Source: Laetmonice hystrix (Eukaryota). From it: a DNA stretch of 64,000 bases. This document shows positions 60,625 through 64,000 of the stretch, one piece after another. The translations under genes were made by a program, and so were the position numbers. The stretch spans positions 3,782,001 through 3,846,000 of the forward strand of contig OZ249445.1 in the NCBI GenBank assembly GCA_965235115.1, written 5' to 3'. Below the pieces are notes generated by a model. The model ran no database searches and was not told where the DNA came from. It was given only the letters and a program-made list of their open reading frames with translations. Within the stretch, counting starts at the first letter, position 1, and each line of letters begins with the position of its first letter.

Positions 60625-63600
60625 GTGAGTAGAGAAAACCATACTCTCTTGTAGTAGCAAATTATAAGGGAGCTAAGCTCTCATTGAAGTAAGAGCATCG
60701 TTGGTTGCTTTAGGTTGTAGGCTGTCAATAAAAATGTATGATTGCTTGTTTTTGGGATGGGATGACGTATAAATGTCTTAATATAAATAAAATAGAGCAT
60801 CAGTTTCAGTGATGAGATGGGAATTCCAGAATTTCCAGGCCAGCAATGTATATCAGGAATAACCTGTGCAGTATGTCGGTATGATTGAAGGTTTCTAGAT
60901 TTGGGTTAGTCAGTCAAGTAAATTTTGAATGACAATGAAGTTGTAACATCGAAAGATTTAGGGGTAGGGGCCTGTTAATATTAATGAGAAATGTTGGCAG
61001 GTCTTGTGATCAATTCCTCAGCTGGATGGCACAGTACTTGTTTCCTGCACATGGCTCCTAGCCAAGGGCAAGTGGATAAGGTTGAGCCTGTTGACAGTCT
61101 AGACAAGTTTTACGTTTCACTCTGATCTGTTGTGAGTTATGGGGCAATGTTCATGTCCAGGATCTCTCTCCACTTCTCTGAGGATCATTTTTCTCCTTTG
61201 CTGAATCTCATTCCACTGTAACTTACTTGGAATCCTCACAGTCCATTCTCGCTTCTTGTGTCGTCTCCGCTCACTGTGGGGGTGAATCATATCAATCACA
61301 TGTTCATAGATCACACCAGACAAATATTTAACCAAGGGACAAGAAGGCTCAATTGTGGACATACTCTTAGAATGCAATTCTGTATAGATCTAGTATGTGA
61401 ACTGTGGTGTCAGAATATCCCTAATAATATTATTTGTAGTATGTGTATCTGTTTTTCAATTAAAGCAATCTTGAAATGAAAGAGAAAAAATAAGTCGAAA
61501 AATCATTGGACTAAGAACCCTTCTGTTTGCGTGTATTGGATCGTACAGAATGGCTGGGCTGAGGGTTGTAGTGGTTAGGTAGTCTTAGTAGCCTGTAGCT
61601 GTCATCATTTAACAGAGAAAGTATGTAAACTGGTTATAAATATGTGTGAAGTTTATCGTGCTGCAGATGGCAAACATGAACATATCAAACATCACCTACC
61701 ATTGACAACACACAGGCATGACACATGCCCAGCATGTTGGTGGGAAAAAAGTGAGGAAACGCTTAACGTGTTTGAGGGGCGTGAACAACCCTTGAAATAT
61801 GGCAATATATCTGTCATATGGAGTAGATATCAGGAGAGGCCATGTCAAGTATGTGTAGAAACAAATGCCCGCGTGAAGTAACAAACTTTGTCAGTATTAC
61901 TATAAGTCATCCACCCCATGCGGACTACGAGATTTGAAATCAGTCTGACCTTTATTATTGTTTATAATATACCTCACAATTCTGGACACGTTGTAACGGT
62001 GCCATCTTTTAACATTTTCTGTTAAAAAATAACGTTTTGCTTGTTTCACAGTCGAAATGGGTACGGTACACAAATCTGTCAAATTCTTGCCTATCTGCGG
62101 TATGTACTGCACCCTCAAATTAAAATGAGGGGAGATAGTTAGAGAAACCCCTAGATTTTTGACAGTCGTAGACAACAGAATCAGGATTGTATCCCATGGA
62201 ACCTAATGATTTGCTATGGCATTGAAATATGGGTGAAGGTATCATGGTCAGAGAGTCAGACTGCCTGAGCACTGCCAATCTCCATGCTGTAAAGCCACTT
62301 ACTTTAACTGATTAGCGTAATGTGATTTGCCTGTGTAGATTTACCGAGGTCTAGGGATAGACTAACCTACATGAGTTCTCCAGTTTACAAACGTTTTATT
62401 CAGGATGGATGTCAGAAGAAGAGACTTCTCCATGGACTCCATTTAAAGCAACATTGCCATTTTGCCGATGTAATAATTTTCATGGTACCGGGGTACTTCC
62501 AATATTACAACTCATGGACGAGAATGCATATTTAATCAAATTCATAAGGTCAAGTTGGAAATATTGTTGAACAGAGCTGAATATGTTTTTGGTTGCAAGT
62601 ACTGCAAGGGCTTTCTTGTTGACAGATGTGATAATCAAAGTGGAATCGTATGAACAAAGTAGCTTGCTAAGGTCAAGTCTAGCTAATTTTATGTTATTAA
62701 TTATTGTATTAGTATTGAGCCACTTCTACTTATAGGTTAATATCCAAAGTAGAGAAACCTAATTGCAAGTGTCTAAAGCGTTCTCAATCAATGTCAAACT
62801 GTGCCAAGTTTGTGAGGAGTGGGAGGACACACACGGCGGGTCACAATTAGGTAGAAGAGATGAGAAAGGAGATGTTTTTAGTACCAGTGAGGCAGACTGT
62901 TGATGGCGTGTACATCCTGGTTTGGGGTGAGAATGATAGTTGTCCTTGTGACTGACCCGGCCATGAAGGAATGGGGGCAGGCTCCCTGCTCCCTGCCCAG
63001 ACAAGCGACCGGGAGGCGTCGAGCACATAGTTGTTTAGCTATCACTCAGTTATAATGTAGTTAGTTGCAGGATACATGATTTAAAAACACAGTTTACTAG
63101 GAATAATATTACTCCGATATATTTGAAATGTTTTATTGGGGTGTGACTGTGATAGCCTCGATATATTGGGTGTAAACCTCGAAGCAAATCTCCGTTTATC
63201 TTTGTCTGGACAATCCGACACTGAAGTGAGCTGTTCTTGGGACTTGGATATTACAACCCTCATTTTTGAACATTATACATTGGTCTGATGTGATGACATC
63301 GGTATGAAAGCATGTTGAACATGGTTGTAAGGCCCCTTGTTTTCCCCATTACACATGAGCTGTTGCAAGCGGTAACTTGGGGATTATAAGACGACTTACT
63401 TTTGTCCAATCCGGATTCACGAGCTGTTGTGGTGCTGTGGCATTAGACAACTCAACATTCTCCATGGCACACAAGCTATTTTGTAACATGGCTTTAAGAC
63501 AACTCGTCTTTCTCCATCACAAAAGAATTGTCCTTTTAACATGGGTATAAGACCATTCCAGGGAAGTGCCAAGAAGGCCTGCCTGGCACTGAATTTGGGA

Positions 63601-63834
63601 CCTGACACAAAATTAAAAAGGTTCAAGTGCCGACCGGCAGGATTTTTTATTAGGTCTTAGAGTCTATCATCTGATAAATGTGTGTACATAAAACTTCTCA
63701 TATCATCTCTTGTTCCTTCCTATGGTGCTAACTACTATGGGGGTAGGAAGATTTTATAAATAAATTTCCCAGCTCTAATTGTTGTCATTACATGATTATA
63801 TTTATAAGGACTCTCACCTTTATCCCTTCCCCTG

Positions 63835-64000
63835 GATTGTAACTTGGGTAGAACAGCCCTCACTTTTGTCCCTTCAATTGTTATTGTAACATGGGTATAC
63901 CGGTAACAACTCTTACTTTGACAGATGTTATGGTAACATGGTTATAACAAGCCTCACTTTGACAGGAGATGTTATTGTAACATGGGTATACAACCCTCAC
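63835..64000 (+). repeat. Degenerate 45-50-bp tandem repeat running off the window end
   Basis: tgttattgtaacatgggtata...cctcactttgacag recurs; dispersed relatives near 63370, 63480 and 63538. Confidence 0.75.

Noticed and set aside
62404-62450. Possible third p190 coding exon after ttttattcAG
   Set aside because: The required phase-2 frame reaches TAA after 13 codons; the next exon probably lies beyond the window

Overview
This is eukaryotic genomic DNA from an animal, probably a lophotrochozoan invertebrate such as a mollusc (inferred from a Meta/V-type SINE, TTAGGG-like repeats and GT-AG introns). Three genes can be reconstructed by hand. (1) A harmonin/USH1C orthologue on + has 19 exons from 7939 to 19191. 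They give 600 in-frame codons: PDZ1 from its GLGF loop onward, PDZ2, a Ser/Thr/Pro-rich linker, PDZ3 and a C-terminal ITYF PDZ-binding motif. The N-terminal exons were not found in the window. (2) A complete SKP1 on - has 4 coding exons (23516 to 22006, 162 aa) and lies tail-to-tail with USH1C. (3) The 5' part of a p190RhoGAP (ARHGAP35/ARHGAP5 family) on + has coding exons 59250-59652 and 59964-60624. It appears to share a bidirectional promoter with SKP1 about 34 kb upstream. The rest is intron, containing minisatellites, MITEs and a SINE remnant. The most unusual structure is a 54-bp minisatellite that starts at a harmonin exon/intron junction. Each unit carries a 5' splice site, a CTAAC branch point and, in most units, a pyrimidine tract, an AG and a 25-nt stop-containing micro-exon. 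All annotation is by eye; no searches were run, and comparisons with human genes come from memory.
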